From Bugula neritina (Eukaryota; Animalia; Bryozoa), in assembly GCA_964035545.1 (NCBI GenBank), contig OZ037771.1, forward strand, positions 941,628 through 1,005,627: a DNA stretch of 64,000 nt, written 5' to 3'. Positions 9,380-23,553 of this stretch are shown one piece after another. Numbering within the stretch: position 1 is the first letter of the stretch; each line of letters opens with the position of its first letter. The position numbers were made by a program, and so were the translations under genes. The notes beneath the pieces are model-generated. The model ran no database searches. It was not told where the DNA came from and saw only the letters and a list, made by a program, of their open reading frames with translations.

Positions 9380-12300
9380 ATGTCTGGCAACTCGGAATCA
9401 CTAGACACATTTGATGCTATTATATTAGGAACAGGTGAGGCTCATTAACATTATAATTTATTGCTACAACTAAAATTAGATAATGATAATCAATGCAAGT
9501 TTATCATAATCATAATGATAATCATAATGGACATTCACATGGTATTGTCGTTGCCAATTGGTCACTGGTCTTGGAGTTTGAGCTTGGTATTTACTTCAAA
9601 CTCTCAGTCTTACTCAGTAAATCACTAAAATTGAATGTAATATGATCACTTTAAGTTTATGATAATATAAATGAAATTAAATATGGTTAACTTTATCAGT
9701 TTATGTAAAATGCATTTTTTACTGTCTCATTTGTTGTTAATTTTTGTTTATATTGTGATTGTGTGAATGTCATATTTATATTGAATTTGATGCTCATCCT
9801 TATCACTTGAAGTTGATCATCTGTGAGTGTGATCATCATGATCATGGTCAACATGATTGTCATTATGATTATGAATACAATAATCGTCATTATTATCATA
9901 TTCATGTTGTTGTATGGACACATAAATATATGCTTATCGTTGTTGCTATAATTAATTATCATTATGATGTAAAATTAGTTATTGATTTATGATTATTATC
10001 ATTATGATTATTATTGTTATAAGACTAGGTATCAATTGTAACTTGAGCTCATGCCTATGGGCATAGTGATTGTCATGACGATCATGATTTCACTAGTACT
10101 AGTATTACTCCTAGCAGTACCTTACCTAAAAGCCAAAGCTAATTTTAATTGTTGTCACTTAATTTTATATCAATTTTATTAAATATGCTAATCCTAAAAA
10201 TAATAACTTTCAGTGAAAGTTTAATTTAATTACACTGTTGCTATTACTGCATTAATACTATAATTTCTACTAACAGACCAGTTTAATCTAATGTACCAAT
10301 AGTAATAGTAATTATTACATAAAGTAGCTATTACTTATAATGTATCGATATAAATATTCTCTGTTTAACCGTTTCTGTCAGGTCTGAGTGAAAGCATCTT
10401 AGCTGCAGCCCTATCTCGTGTAGGCTACTCAGTGCTCCATCTTGACAGGTTGGTAATTACATTCCATGCAATATAGTGTAGTTTTACAACTTTCAATCAT
10501 ATCAATGCATATACATAAAATGATATATTTTAATGTATTTGTGACGCACTGAAGCGGGGATAAGTAATAAGTTAATATATTGCAGTTTTAAACTTGAAGC
10601 TCACATTAAAAGTTGGGGTGTGGAATGTTTTATTTGTTCATATTACTTCTGAATCTGGATTCACAAATTGCAAACAACTATCTGTTGATTTGCAGTTTTC
10701 TATACTTGATGCATCTGACCTAAATCAATTAGGTCAAACACTGTTAGTGTTGAACAGAGTTTACTTAGTTTTAGGGCTGCTAATAAATCTACAACTTTCT
10801 TCAATACTGGACTGTGTTCTGTTTGTGTAGAAACACTCACTGTGATTGGCTGTGTTCTGTTTGTGTAGAAACACTCACTGTGATTGGCTGTGTTCTCTTT
10901 GTGTAGAAACACTCACTGTGATTGGCTGTGTTCTGTTTGTGTAGAAACACTCACTGTGAGTGGCTGTGTTCTGTTTGTGTAGAAACACGTACTATGGTGA
11001 GCTAGAGTCAACTCATACACTGAATGGTCTACTAAACTACGCAGAGAACCATGCAGAGAGATTGCCTCCTCCACACACTACACTGTCACTAGACGGTGAC
11101 CAACTCTCCATCTCTCTCCCTGTAAACAGTGCCCCATCCATCACCAACCTGTCTTATGTGACTTACAACATTACGTATGCTTGTTATTTCTACTACTTCT
11201 TTATTAAAATTATTATTTATATTCTGTTTTCTGAAGTAAAGACAGTTTAGTTTATTATTCTAATAGCAGAGTTCAGTTGACTGGATTCTATAAAATCTTT
11301 GTTGTTGCGTTGTCATAACATGCTTTTTTTAATTCTCACAAACTGGATATTTTGAGTTTTAAAATCTATCAAAGATTTTTTTACGTGCATCAAAAATGTT
11401 TTTATAGAAATAATAATTACGTTAAAACTGTTTGTGTTGTCTTCAGTGATGAAGAACGGTCACTTTATCTGAGAGGAATCAAAGAGCTGGATGCATGCAT
11501 TACCAATTCATCAGCTTCTCCAGAAGTTTCTTCAACTGTGGAGGTAAGCTGTGGTTGCTGTGTTACTTATAGAGACAGAGTATGAATAGTGAAGTCAAAG
11601 ACACATTATATTTCTTTACGTTTTCCGAAGTTATTTGTTCTTGATGCACATTTTAAAATAATTTTTTGTATTTAAAATGGCGTAGATTTAAATTGAAGCA
11701 GCTATTTGGTTTTAGTGTGTACCAATACCTTTATTATGATAATTTCAATAGGTTATCTATGCAGGATAATACTACGCTACATGTTTTATAACAGTTTTAC
11801 AGCAAGTATAAAGCTTTAGCCTTTTATATATATACCCCACTTCCTATTATTGACAGTCACAGGCTAACAGTGGAACAGACAACTCCCAATCTCTCAACTC
11901 TACTGTTGAGTTGGAAGGGAACAAGGAGGTTGAGAAGACAACTGCAAATGCTGAACTACCACACATAGATGAGACCAAACTCAACCCGGTGTTGCAGACT
12001 TGCATCAATCTGGACCAGGAGTATGGTGTTTGTGAGGAGCACAAGCTTGCTTACTTGACAAAGAAGAGCAATAAATTTATTCTAGACTTGACTCCAAAGG
12101 TAATCATACAGTTTATAATGATATTTTGCTTTGTTAATTTAAAAAATATATATTATAATGGTTTTATAGAAATCAGCGTAGTAAATGTAGCAATCCTGAA
12201 TGTAACTTTAAAAGTAATAAATAAGTTCATGAAATGAAGATAATGTTTTCACAACTGTCTTGTATATAATAAATATTATTTTCATGGACTGGGTTCATAG

Positions 12301-15300
12301 CGGTAATGGGTGAAATTCTGGCTTTGATGGTTACCTCGGGTAGCAGGTGTGAAATAGCTGCCATTTCTATAATAGCGTTCATTACTATTATTATAGTTCA
12401 TTGCTTGCCTAGTGAAGCCTCCTCTTTGGTATCTGCCTTGATTTGTGTAACCATGATTACCAGCACGTCTTCTGTTACCAGAACTACTTTGATTGCGCTG
12501 TATATCTGCCAGAATTTGCAATCCATTTCTGGCCATATGTAACTTCAGTTTAGTGTCATCATCGCATTCTTGATTCGCTGCATCAAAATGAACCTTTGCC
12601 TCGGCACATTTGTGCTGTGTTCCGCAAAAGTAACCCCAGTGTTCTAAGACACTAGCACGCCTATAGCCTGGATCACTGCGTTTCTTTGCTTCCCTGAATG
12701 CCTGCTCAATAACCTCTGGTGGATCTGCCAGCAGACTCATAACTCTAGCATATTTCACACTCAAGGTGGAGTTCAATGGAGCCAGATACTCAAGGTAAAA
12801 TTTTGCCCGTCGTAGTCTCTCCAGAGTACACTCATCTGATGATATTGCTGGGCCGTAGTAGTGGTTTTGTAGATAATTCCACTTTTCATTTACGAATTTC
12901 CCTAAAAAATAAAATTCATAAATAAGAATGTAAGAAGCATTAGCCAAGGGGGTGGTCTATATTATAATTAGTTAGCCAAGGGGCGTGGTCTATATTATAA
13001 TTAGTTAACCAGGGGGTGTGGTTTATATAATTAGTTAGCTAAGGGGTGTGGTTTTATATAGTTAGTTAACCAAGGGGTGTGGTTTATATTATTAGTGGCC
13101 AGAACTTTCATATCTGTTTAAATAGCAAAAGACTGCTGAAATCTCGGCACTAAAGTTTAGGCTATGTTTTTACCTTTCCTGTTCCAAAAGTCGTAGAACT
13201 TGTCTTCAACGTGTCGTCGGTTCACTGAATAGTACTTCATTGACCAGATGTGAATGAGGGCTTGTGCACTAGTGCTGGCACACATGATCTGCATGCCGTG
13301 CTTCTGTATCCACTGTTCACTAATTTCCAGAGCTAACCGAAGCCATTGCATCTTCGTCTTACCATCTTTTAACTTATAGGAATAACTAAGGCAGTTTTTA
13401 GCAAGTCGAGGCGAAAATTTTCTATCTTCTGTCTTTGATTTAAAATTTATAGCTCTATTTAAACAAGACTCAATATCCAACTCTAAATTTTCAAGATTGG
13501 CTTCTCTACTGAAAATCTCAAGAGCTTCTTGTAGCAGGTCTGAAGGAATTTTAACTAATTGCAGCTCTGCAAGCCAGAGCCACATGTGTCCCTTATAGTC
13601 GTTGTTATCTGATTGGTTCAGTATCAAAAGCTGATCCACCGCATCTAGCACTCTATTTTTGAACCACTCTTCATCCTCGGTGTATTTAGCATCGCAGTTT
13701 ATATCCCGAACCAAGATTTTCAAAAAAAGATATGCACAGTATTCCCGTATGTCCGATTTGGTGTGCATTGATCCTTCTTCCTGACATTTTTGAAAAATCG
13801 TATAACTTTCCAATTTTGCCTGCTGGGTCCTGTGACTTTCTGCTAGACGGTATGCAAATTCAATTTTTGATCTCAATTGAGGTATTCCTGACGGGTCCAC
13901 CAGCAAATCCATAAGTTTAAAAGCCACTTCTTCCAAATCCCCAGAAGATGACTGCTCAAGCACGAGGAGAGAGCCTTTGTTACACCAGGTATTGATGTTG
14001 TCTGGGTCTACTCTCTGTGCTACTTCCACCATCCTCCGTGACTCTTCTATGTCCGGATTGTCCTGCAATAGGCTGACAGCGGCATCGTAGTTGACATCTC
14101 GTCGGGTTGACAGATCATCTTCAGCATGCTCCTTTGTTATTTTACTCCAACTCACAAGTTTTTCATTTGGAATGTTCAAGGTGTAGAATGTGTGCTGAAC
14201 TTGGTGAAACAATTTCTCTCTTTCTGTAGATACTAGTTGTTGGTGGTCTACAATTGTATTATAAGATATATGTTTAGATATTTTTACATAAAGCATTGTG
14301 CAATACTAATCACTGTTGTGTAATTCTAATCCATTAAAATTTTAAACATGATTAAATTGCCATGTTTAATTTGGTTCAAAAATTGTTTAGGGATAGTTTC
14401 ATGAAAATATAAGTTGATAGGAGTTGTGTGCTGCTTGGCTAATTGACAGCTCTCTCGGGTGAACCTGTAGTAATTGATATAACATGAAAAGAATGAAGTT
14501 TACAGCTGTCACAGTAGTTTGATTAGAAAGGCTTACATTCCAAAATCTTCTCTACTGTGTTGTAACCCAGCCTCTTGGATACTTGCAGTGCTGTCTCACC
14601 CCCCTCATCTACCATATCCATCACTTTCTTCCTTTCAACACTACTCTGTATCCTTTTCAGAATTGTGTGAATTGCAGCAGGGTTATTGTGAACAACAGCC
14701 AAATGCAAAGCTGTTCGGCCTCCATCGCTTGTGGTTAACAAATGGTTTACGAACTCGTCCTCATTCATCTTCTTGGATATCTCCTCTATAACCTCATTAC
14801 TGTTAGCATGGCTAGCCGACTGCAGAACAGTTAGTCCGTCTTGATTTCTCTTACTAATCTGAGTGCCATATGAGTCATAATGTGTCACCAGGATCCATTC
14901 AGCCAAGAGTCTGTCGTTATCCAGTGCCGCTTGGTGCAGCGGAGGGCTTTCGAACTTCACTGCCAACTCCACATACTCTTCTAGGAGTGGAAACTGGCGT
15001 GATGTGTAACTTTGTGCGGTCCTGTTACTCCTATCTCGAATAGCTAGCAGCTTCTCTCTGTCTTTACCAGCAATGTCTAACAGCATAATAACCGCCTTTG
15101 CATTGCCTTCTGCTATAGCAATATGCAATGCCGTCTTGCCCTGGGGGGTGGCACATTTTATAATCTTCCATCTGGTTGTGTCATCTTCAAACCTGCCCAT
15201 CAGACACTTCATAGTGTTGATTGCGTCCCCCTGTGCTGTTGCATGCAGCAGGGACCAACTTCTCGTCATCAAATCCACCTGGTCATCCAGGGACAGCTTA

Positions 15301-18300
15301 CTCATGGTCTCTTCCACTGACGCCGTGTTGTCCAGCATGCAACCCCACTGCAGAGATGTCCAACCCAAATTGTCCATTTGTCCAATGAACTGGCGTCGCT
15401 CTTCTTCATTCTGTATCTTGTCAAGGATGTATGATATGACGTTGGCGTTGTTCACTATGGTGCTGATATGCAGGCACGTCCAACCTTCATTTTCCGTTCT
15501 CTCGTTTATCATAGCAATGGCCTCTACCGGGCTCTGATTTTCCAGCAGACTTCTCACAGCTGTGGAGTCTCGCACCGCTGTCAGGTGTAGCACAGTGTGT
15601 CCTTGAGTATTCCGCTCTATTCGGTGAGGCAACTCCGTCACTCTCAACTGTACTGACGCAGTTGTCTCCCCGCTCCTTTCAGAAACCTGAATATTGGGTA
15701 CGTCTACATACTGCTGTCTAAAGGGAGGGGCAACTCCATAACTGTCATCATTGTCAGCTGCAACATACATGTTTACTCATAATGTGCTACTATGGTGGTC
15801 ACTAATTTATACACTGGCTACTACTTGAAGCAAATGTAAGCATGAATATGATTGCTTAAAGCTTCAAAACAAACTAAAGACATTAATAGTGCATTTTAAG
15901 ACCTATTTTATCCTATGTTTAGTTATCAAATTTATTATATTTGTTCAAATAAGCACGGTGATACTGAGAGAGTACTTTAGGGGTTATAAATTCTATTTAA
16001 GACTTGCATATCATTTTGATTGGCTTTAGTCAATATGAATAGGACTCATTATAATATAGCTTTTCATTTCAAAGCAATGACTGCCCCATCAACTATTGAT
16101 TTGAATCAGATGACTAGATCACTGCTAACCTATACATCTTAGTCTAAATTGCTTCTCATCTTGATACTCTGAAAGTTTGCTCTTACTTTTAGTAAATAGT
16201 CTGCTTTCTCAATGTATTTATACTACTGACTATGCTTACCTGCAGCACTACTGGGGTCATTAGTTGCCATTTGCAGCCTCTCCAAGATACTGTATCACCT
16301 CAAATAGCTTTATGCCAGCCAAAGTACTGGTAGATCTCTATCAGTCTATGATATTGTCTTCTGACAATATTGTACTGCTGTAGTTATAACTTTTTAGTTA
16401 GTTCACATCCACTCCCCTCATTCATGCATCTGCAGGCACAGTGACTTGCAAGCACTTGCTGTTATGACTCACTCACTTGTCGCTCTGTCAAATGCCTTCT
16501 CACAGATCACGGGTTTGTGTAAATATATCAATGCGCTGTCCACAGCTCCGAGTCCGTGTGTACTTTTTAACATTATCTTACTAGCAGTGAACACAAGTTA
16601 CAAGTGTGTACATTGTGCACAATCGGTTGCTTTTCATATAGCCGAGTTTATGAGGTTAATCTTTATTTATAATTATGTTAATTATCATGCAAATCGGTAT
16701 TGTCCCGTGTGGAAAATTTTACAGAGGGGATTCCCCATTTTTATACACTGTGCCGCACTCTGCGTATCGAATTGTAGCCTATAGACTGAGCTGTAAATTG
16801 GATTCATAATCAATAAATATATACATCACCCGTTGAATTGAATGGTAAGGGAGCTAAGGTCAAGTATATCACCACAAACATTGGTGTTGCTGTTTACATA
16901 CATCACAGTATAGACTATATAGTATAGATTATAGAGTATAGATTATAGAGTAGAGACTATAGGGTATCGAGTATAGACAGTATAGTGATGTTAACTCCAC
17001 TGCATCTCTTACTAATCTGAAAACATAATATACTAGACTAGAAGTAACACGTCATAGACTGTAACTGGTGTCCGTTTCTCCCCTGCAATGTTCAGTTTAA
17101 TACCCCACATCCCACACTTGGGTGTAGTCTATTTCATATGATGGCCTGCTGTCAAAGTAGTAGCGGACTTGCTGCCTTTACCTCTTGTGTACTGTCAGCG
17201 CACACTTGTATACTCTGTGTATGTTGGTGCAAGCATCTCTTCCTGCAACCTTTTTGTTATTCCACCATTAAAGAATACTGCAAGGTGTAGATCTCATTGC
17301 TGAGCAGACCACTTCAGTAGGAAGGTAGACAACTCTGGTAGGTGATTCATAGTGTACTCATTGTGATATTTCCTTTGCTGTAGTTGCTGTTCTCTCGAAG
17401 TGACATGATCGAGTTGCTGATCACATCTGATGTGGCGAGATATTGCGAGTTTAGGTCCGTCTCGCAAATACTAACTCTGAGAAATCGCAATGAAATAGAG
17501 GTAAGGAAAATAATTACTACTACAGAGAAGTAACAATGAAGAGATCATTGTATAAGCTCATTGATGTCTCCATATAACTGTGTTACAGGTGGTGCCCTGC
17601 AGTCGAGCTGACATCTTCTCTACCAAGTCTCTTTCTATGATCGAGAAACGAATTTTAATGAAAGTCTTGACTTTGTGTATGAATTACGAGGAGAAGAAAC
17701 CTGAGTTTGAAGGTAGAGTAAGCTACGTGGAGTACTTACTTGTATAGCTTATATTTATACAATATAACAGCTTGTATTCTGTGTGTACATTAATATAACA
17801 TTTCATTTGCTTATGTGATGAAAATTATGTTTGAGTTGTATTATATATACTATATTATACAAACTATTTTATCTATACTGTATTATATTATTATAACTAT
17901 ACCGTATTATAACTATACCGTATTATAAATATACCATATTATAACTATACCATATTATAAATAGACCGTATTATAACTATACCGTATTATAAATATACCG
18001 TATTATAACTATGCCGTATTATAACTATACCATATTATAAATATACCGTATTATAAATATACCGTATTATAAATATACCGTATTATAAATACACTGTATT
18101 ATAAATATACTGTATTATAAATATACCGTATTATAAATATACCGTATTATAAATATACCGTATTATAAATATACCGTATTATAAATACACTGTATTATAA
18201 ATATACTGTATTATAAATATACCGTATTATAAATATACCGTATTATAAATATACCGTATTAAATTACTGCTTGTAGCATTCTTAGATAAGCCCTTTATGG

Positions 18301-21300
18301 AGTTCCTCAAGTTCCACAAACTCACACCAAACCTCCTGGGCTACATCCTAGACGCCATAGCCATGGTGTCCCCTGCTGCCTCTCTCCTTCAGGTGCTGCC
18401 ACTCTCTCGCTCAGTGTTATGTATACTAACATAGTGTTACTAATACACAGGATATGTATAAGTATATAGTCAGTTGTAGAGTCTACAGTAATAGCCCAAG
18501 TTCTTGTTAAATATTGTGTGTTTTGATGTTGTCTGAATAGGGCCTTGAGAGAACACAGCTATTTCTGAAGTCAATAGGGAGGTATGGCCCTACGCCCTTC
18601 CTATGGCCTCTCTATGGTGGGGAAATCAACCAGGCTTTTTGCAGGTACTTAATCTATGGAATGTAATATATATTTCATAGTAACGTATACCCTGTATTAT
18701 GTAATATATATTTCATAGTAACGTATACCCTGTATTATGTAATGTATATTTCATAGTAACATATACTCTGTATTATGTAATACGTATCTACCTGTAGAAT
18801 GTCTGCTGTGTTTGGAGGTACATACATTCTAAACAGAACTGTTTCAGATATCATCGTCAGCAAACACACCTCCCAGTAAGTATATATTATACTCTGTTAT
18901 ATTGTCAAGTATATATTATACTCTGTTATATTGTCAAGTATATATTATACTCTGTTATATTGTCAAGTATATATTACACTCTGTTATATTGTCAAGTATA
19001 TAATTATTATACTCTGTTATATTGTCAAGTATATATTATACTCTGTTATATTGTCAAGTATATATTACACTCTGTTATATTGTCAAGTATATATTATACT
19101 CTGTTATATTGTCAAGTATATATTACACTCTGTTATATTGTCAAGTATATATTATACTCTGTTATATTGTCAAGTATATATTATACTCTGTTCACTGATG
19201 TCTTCCTGCAGAGTTACACACATAGTATGCAATGAGGGCAAAGAGATCAAGTGTAAATGGCTCGTAATCAACGCAGACTACACAAGAAATATTCTGTCGG
19301 GTGCTGAGCAGGTAGCCCCTAGCAGGCAGATATCTCGGGCTATAGTTGTCACGTCGGGTAGTCTGAGAAACACCGACGGCAGGGAGGAGGTCTGTTGGTT
19401 ATAATATTATCTTCTCACTGTCACCAGGTGTCTGGCATCACATAGCACCTGTTCAGTGTGTCACATCCATGTGTCAGTTGAAACTTGTCTCTCTCTTGCT
19501 GCCCGCTCTGCTGACCTTGGCAGCAGGTGCTGCCTGTCAGTGAGTAATCAGGTGATTTCTCTGTAGACTGTGCTCCTGAGTATCCCTGCACTGGATGGGG
19601 CTAGTCCGCCAGTAACCGCTATAGAGTTAGGATCCTCGGCTTGTGTCTGTCCCAAAGATGAGTCTAACCTTCGTAAGTCTATACTCTACTGTCTATACTC
19701 TACTGTCTATACTCTACTGTCTATACTATACTGTATATACTATACTGTCTATACTCTACTGTCTATACTCTACTGTCTATAATCTACTGTATATACTCTA
19801 CTGTCTATACTATACTGTATATACTATACTGTCTATACTCTACTGTCTATACTCTACTGTCTATAATCTACTGTATATACTCTACTGTCTATACTCTACT
19901 TTCTATACTCTACTGTCTATACTCTACTGTCTATACTCTACTGTCTATACTCTACTTTCTATACTTTACTGTCTATAATCTACTGTATATACTCTACTGT
20001 CTATACTATACTGTATATACTATACTGTCTATACTCTACTGTCTATACTCTACTGTCTATAATCTACTGTATATACTCTACTGTCTATACTATACTGTAT
20101 ATACTATACTGTCTATACTCTACTGTCTATACTCTACTGTCTATAATCTACTGTATATACTCTACTGTCTATACTATACTGTCTATACTCTACTGTCTAT
20201 ACTCTACTGTCTATACTCTACTGTCTATACTCTACTGTATATACTCTACTGTCTTCACTCTACTGTCTATACTCTACTGTCTATACTCTACTGTCTACAA
20301 TTTTTCTTGTTTTGTATATATATTTTATCAAGATATTTTGACCTCTTCTAGTTGTACTTTTGTTAACAGAACATCTCATTGAACTCCATTACTGATACTG
20401 TAATGTATGACAGAGTAGATAACTCCCAACTGGTCACATTAGTGTATTCTAGTAATCATGTGTTAATAATATATTTAGGAGTTGTGCACCTTACCACTCT
20501 CTCTAAAGGTACAGCAGAAGATGACCTTCACGAATATGTAGACTTATTGTTCGCCAGAAGTAAGTAACAACTTCTTATTGTATTTACAGAGTATGTTGGC
20601 GTACTATTACATAACATCCTGTCTGCTATATAGTACTAAATATTACACGCTTGAGCTGTTCATTATTTCAACTAGTACTGTTTTAGATGAAGATGAAAGT
20701 AAACCAAGAATGTTGTTAGCCTGTTATTTCAACATGCCTGACTACAGTGAGGGTGGTAGGCTCTCACCCCTCCACCCAACTAACCTGTACATCACACCAG
20801 GGCCTGATGCTAACATTAATCCTGACAACTCGGTGCTGGAGGTAAATTCACTGCAAGACTATCGTGTAGTCTGCTTACTATTTGCTGTTACGTCTTCTGA
20901 ATGCTGCCTGATGACTCACTCACTCTCTCACTCACTCACTTACTCACTTACTACTCACTCTCTCACTTACTCACTACTCACTTACTACTCACTCACTACT
21001 CACTTACTACTCACTCACTCTCACTCACTCACTTACTCACTTACTACTCACTCTCTCACTTACTCACTACTCACTCACTACTCACTCACTCACTTACTCA
21101 CTACTCACTCACTACTCACTTACTACTCACTCACTCACTCACTCACTCACTAATCACTCTCTCACTACTCACTCACTCTCTCACTTACTGTGCAATCTGA
21201 TTGCCTGTATTTGCTGAATATTCATACGTTTAGGAGTACATAAAGTAACTTCCCACATAGTTTCTAAAAAACACTTCGAGCAATAAATTGAGTTCTGAAA

Positions 21301-21691
21301 CCATTTAACCAGTGATCCACAGATAAGCAGTGGGTAGAACTATTGTAATTGTGTTTTATTAAACCCACAGGCTAAAAGAATATTCCACGAGCTGTGTCCG
21401 GGGGCGGAGTTTATCCCTCGACCTCCCAACCCCGAGGACATTATTTATTGTGATGAGCAGTCTAAAGCACAGTCACCTGGTGAGTCATTCGCTGAAGAGG
21501 TCAGTGTTGATTCTTCTGCTGCAACTGACCAATCAGCAAAGGAAAAAGATGGTCAGAGCCAATCAGATGCCAGCAATACTGAGTACAGCTCTTCAACTGC
21601 CCTATCAGACGTTGTTTCTCATGTGACTAACCAATCACACGCTGGTTTAGAAAGTGCTAACCAGTCACCAGATGATATCACTAAAGACTAG
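9380..21691 (+). CDS. CHM: Rab escort protein (Rab geranylgeranyltransferase component A, CHM/CHML family)
   Basis: 15 exons: 9380-9434, 10382-10448, 10983-11174, 11447-11543, ~11857-12099, 17384-17500, 17589-17712, 18277-18392, 18541-18644, 18798-18875, 19212-19389, 19567-19672, 20479-20559, 20687-20841, 21371-21691. Motifs [96 protein letters not shown]; REP-specific long insert distinguishes it from Rab GDI. Confidence 0.93.
10810..10988 (+). repeat. 38-bp tandem repeat duplicating the REP exon 3 splice acceptor
   Basis: About 5 copies of ctcactgtgattggctgtgttctgtttgtgtag|aaaca; the last copy is the true acceptor. Confidence 0.9.
12282..16270 (-). CDS. Nested gene: ankyrin-repeat + TTC22-like TPR domain protein (~981 aa) inside REP intron 5
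   Basis: Exons 16240-16270, 14537-15757, 13174-14247, 12282-12901 joined by phase-1 GT-AG introns in one frame; ~9-10 ankyrin motifs (GHTVLH, GWTCLH, GKTALH, GRTALH, GETALQ); helical region with [41 protein letters not shown] resembling TTC22; R/G/N/Q/Y-rich tail. Confidence 0.85.
12940..13095. repeat. ~30-33-bp minisatellite (ttagccaagggggtggtctatattataattag) in nested-gene intron
   Basis: About 5 degenerate copies. Confidence 0.85.
16726..16736. promoter_or_regulatory. NF-kB (kB) binding site upstream of the nested ankyrin-TPR gene
   Basis: GGGGATTCCCC is a symmetric kB consensus; adjacent GGAAAATTTT at 16711-16720; ~460 bp upstream of the ATG, beyond a putative 5'UTR exon with a donor at ~16476. 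Confidence 0.55.
17890..18260. repeat. 16-bp minisatellite (accgtattataaatat) in REP intron
   Basis: About 22 tandem copies. Confidence 0.9.
18878..19190. repeat. 29-bp minisatellite starting at a REP splice donor
   Basis: aagtatatattatactctgttatattgtc about 10 copies. Confidence 0.9.
19676..20298. repeat. 14-bp minisatellite (ctatactctactgt) starting at a REP splice donor
   Basis: About 44 degenerate copies. Confidence 0.9.
20912..21187. repeat. Degenerate (ACTC)n microsatellite
   Basis: Direct observation. Confidence 0.9.
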
Positions 21692-22599
21692 AGTACGATA
21701 CACTACAGTGCAATACCTCATCACCTCTATGTCTACTCACAGCTTCTATTCTCTTCTTATTGGTTCCTCTCTCTATACTCAGCTCCATAGTTTCTAGCCT
21801 CAGTACCTCATGTATCTGCTGTGTGAAGGAAGACAACTCTACTTGTACTTACAATGTTCCACGTGACTAACTTACCAATAATGGGGAAGATTGACTGACT
21901 ATTTTATATACTTCAACTGTGGGCCTGTAATATTATGCTGATCAACTTTTACTTTCTGTTGGCTCTGAAGTCAAGCAGAATGGTTTTTAATCATCAAATT
22001 ACTATTATATTATATTATTTATATAAATGTAATATATTTATATTATGTGGTGCATTTCGTAAGTTAACTATTGGGGATGTAGAAGATACATTTAAAGATA
22101 ATAAATGAAACAGCCCTCTACTAGTCTGGGATTATCCTGATAACATTTCTGTATGAAATGGTAAATTTTATGACTTAAAATTTCTTGTTGAAAGTGCCAG
22201 TTATAATGAATGCTAGTGGCGGATATGTTGAGTTGGAGTAGGGGGCAATAATTTTATTTTATGAGTGTAGCATTTCATAATAGCAGTAATAGCAGTAATA
22301 GCAGTAATCCTATACTAGTATATTATATAATAGCATATATAGTACATAATAGTATACTTTACCCATTTCATCATTTTAGTACTAAACCCTTAGTTCAGTG
22401 TTTATCTTGGCAACTGTATATCTCCACACATGTAGAGGTGTTGTGTAACTTTCAGAATATTGTATTATGGGTTGCTGTGCTGAAAGGTAATGTAGAGCCT
22501 GTGCTACATCAATGTATGGCATGTGTATAGAATATTATATAACTATGTGTATGACTGCAACAAGTGGTGATAGTAACTGCAGGGGCTATTTGTGTCCTG

Positions 22600-22905
22600 T
22601 ATATATACTCTCTGTTATACACTTTGTATATGTATGCTCTCTGTTATACACTGTGTATGTATGTATACTCTCTGTTATACACTGTGTGTATACTCTCTTT
22701 TATACACTGTGTATGTATATATACTTTCTGTTATACACTTTGTATATATGTACACTCTCTGTTGTACACTGTGTATATGTATACTCTCTGTTGTACACTG
22801 TGTATGTATATATACTCTCTTTTATACACTGTGTGTATACTCTCTGTTATACACTTTAGATATACTCTGTATTATACATTGTATTATATACTGTATTATA
22901 CACAC
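22600..22905. repeat. ~30-bp degenerate minisatellite (tatactctctgttatacactgtgtatg)
   Basis: Direct observation. Confidence 0.85.
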
Positions 22906-23553
22906 TTGACATTGTTTCAACCATCTTCAGCACAGTTCAATAAGATATTGTATTTTAGCCAATATTATACAGTAAGCTGTATGCAGTGTATTGTGTATCT
23001 ATTGTACAGCGTATGGGGTCAGGAGATTTACACATATATAATTAGCAGTGCTAGTAGAATAGTAGTGCCAATAAGCATAGCCCGTCATTATCTATTGAAT
23101 ATACTGCATGCTATACATTCTACCTGCAGTCTATTATACACACTCTACAGTTGCTAACTCTACCTACTGAAGGTAACTCTACCCGTTGCTAACTCTACCT
23201 ACTGAAGGTAACTCTACCCGTTGCTAACTCTACCTACTGATAGTAACTCTACCCGTTGCTAACTCTGCCTACTGATAGTAACTCACTGTCGCTATCTTAT
23301 CTACACTCTAACACTGCACACATTCATCAGGAACTTGTTTTCTTATCTGTGAAATTAGCTGCTCAAAATTCCGTTGTTGCTTTACTCGGAGCTAAATCCA
23401 CTCAGCTTATCTAGACCAGAGTGCAGTATACACAACACACCTACATATAGACTCTACTAACACTGGAATACAGTATAACACTGGAATACAGCTGTACTGT
23501 AGGGGTAGAAGAAAGGAGGTATAAATACAGTAACTTACTCTACTGTAGTTAAC

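Noticed and set aside
9696-9992. His-rich and Ile/Met-rich ORFs in REP intron 1 (similar ORFs at 52273, 53346, 60953)
   Set aside because: Low-complexity trinucleotide-like intronic or intergenic DNA with no splice-compatible gene model
9380-21691. Rab GDI as the identity of this gene
   Set aside because: Long insert after the YYG motif and the PPNPEDII C-terminal motif are characteristic of REP/CHM
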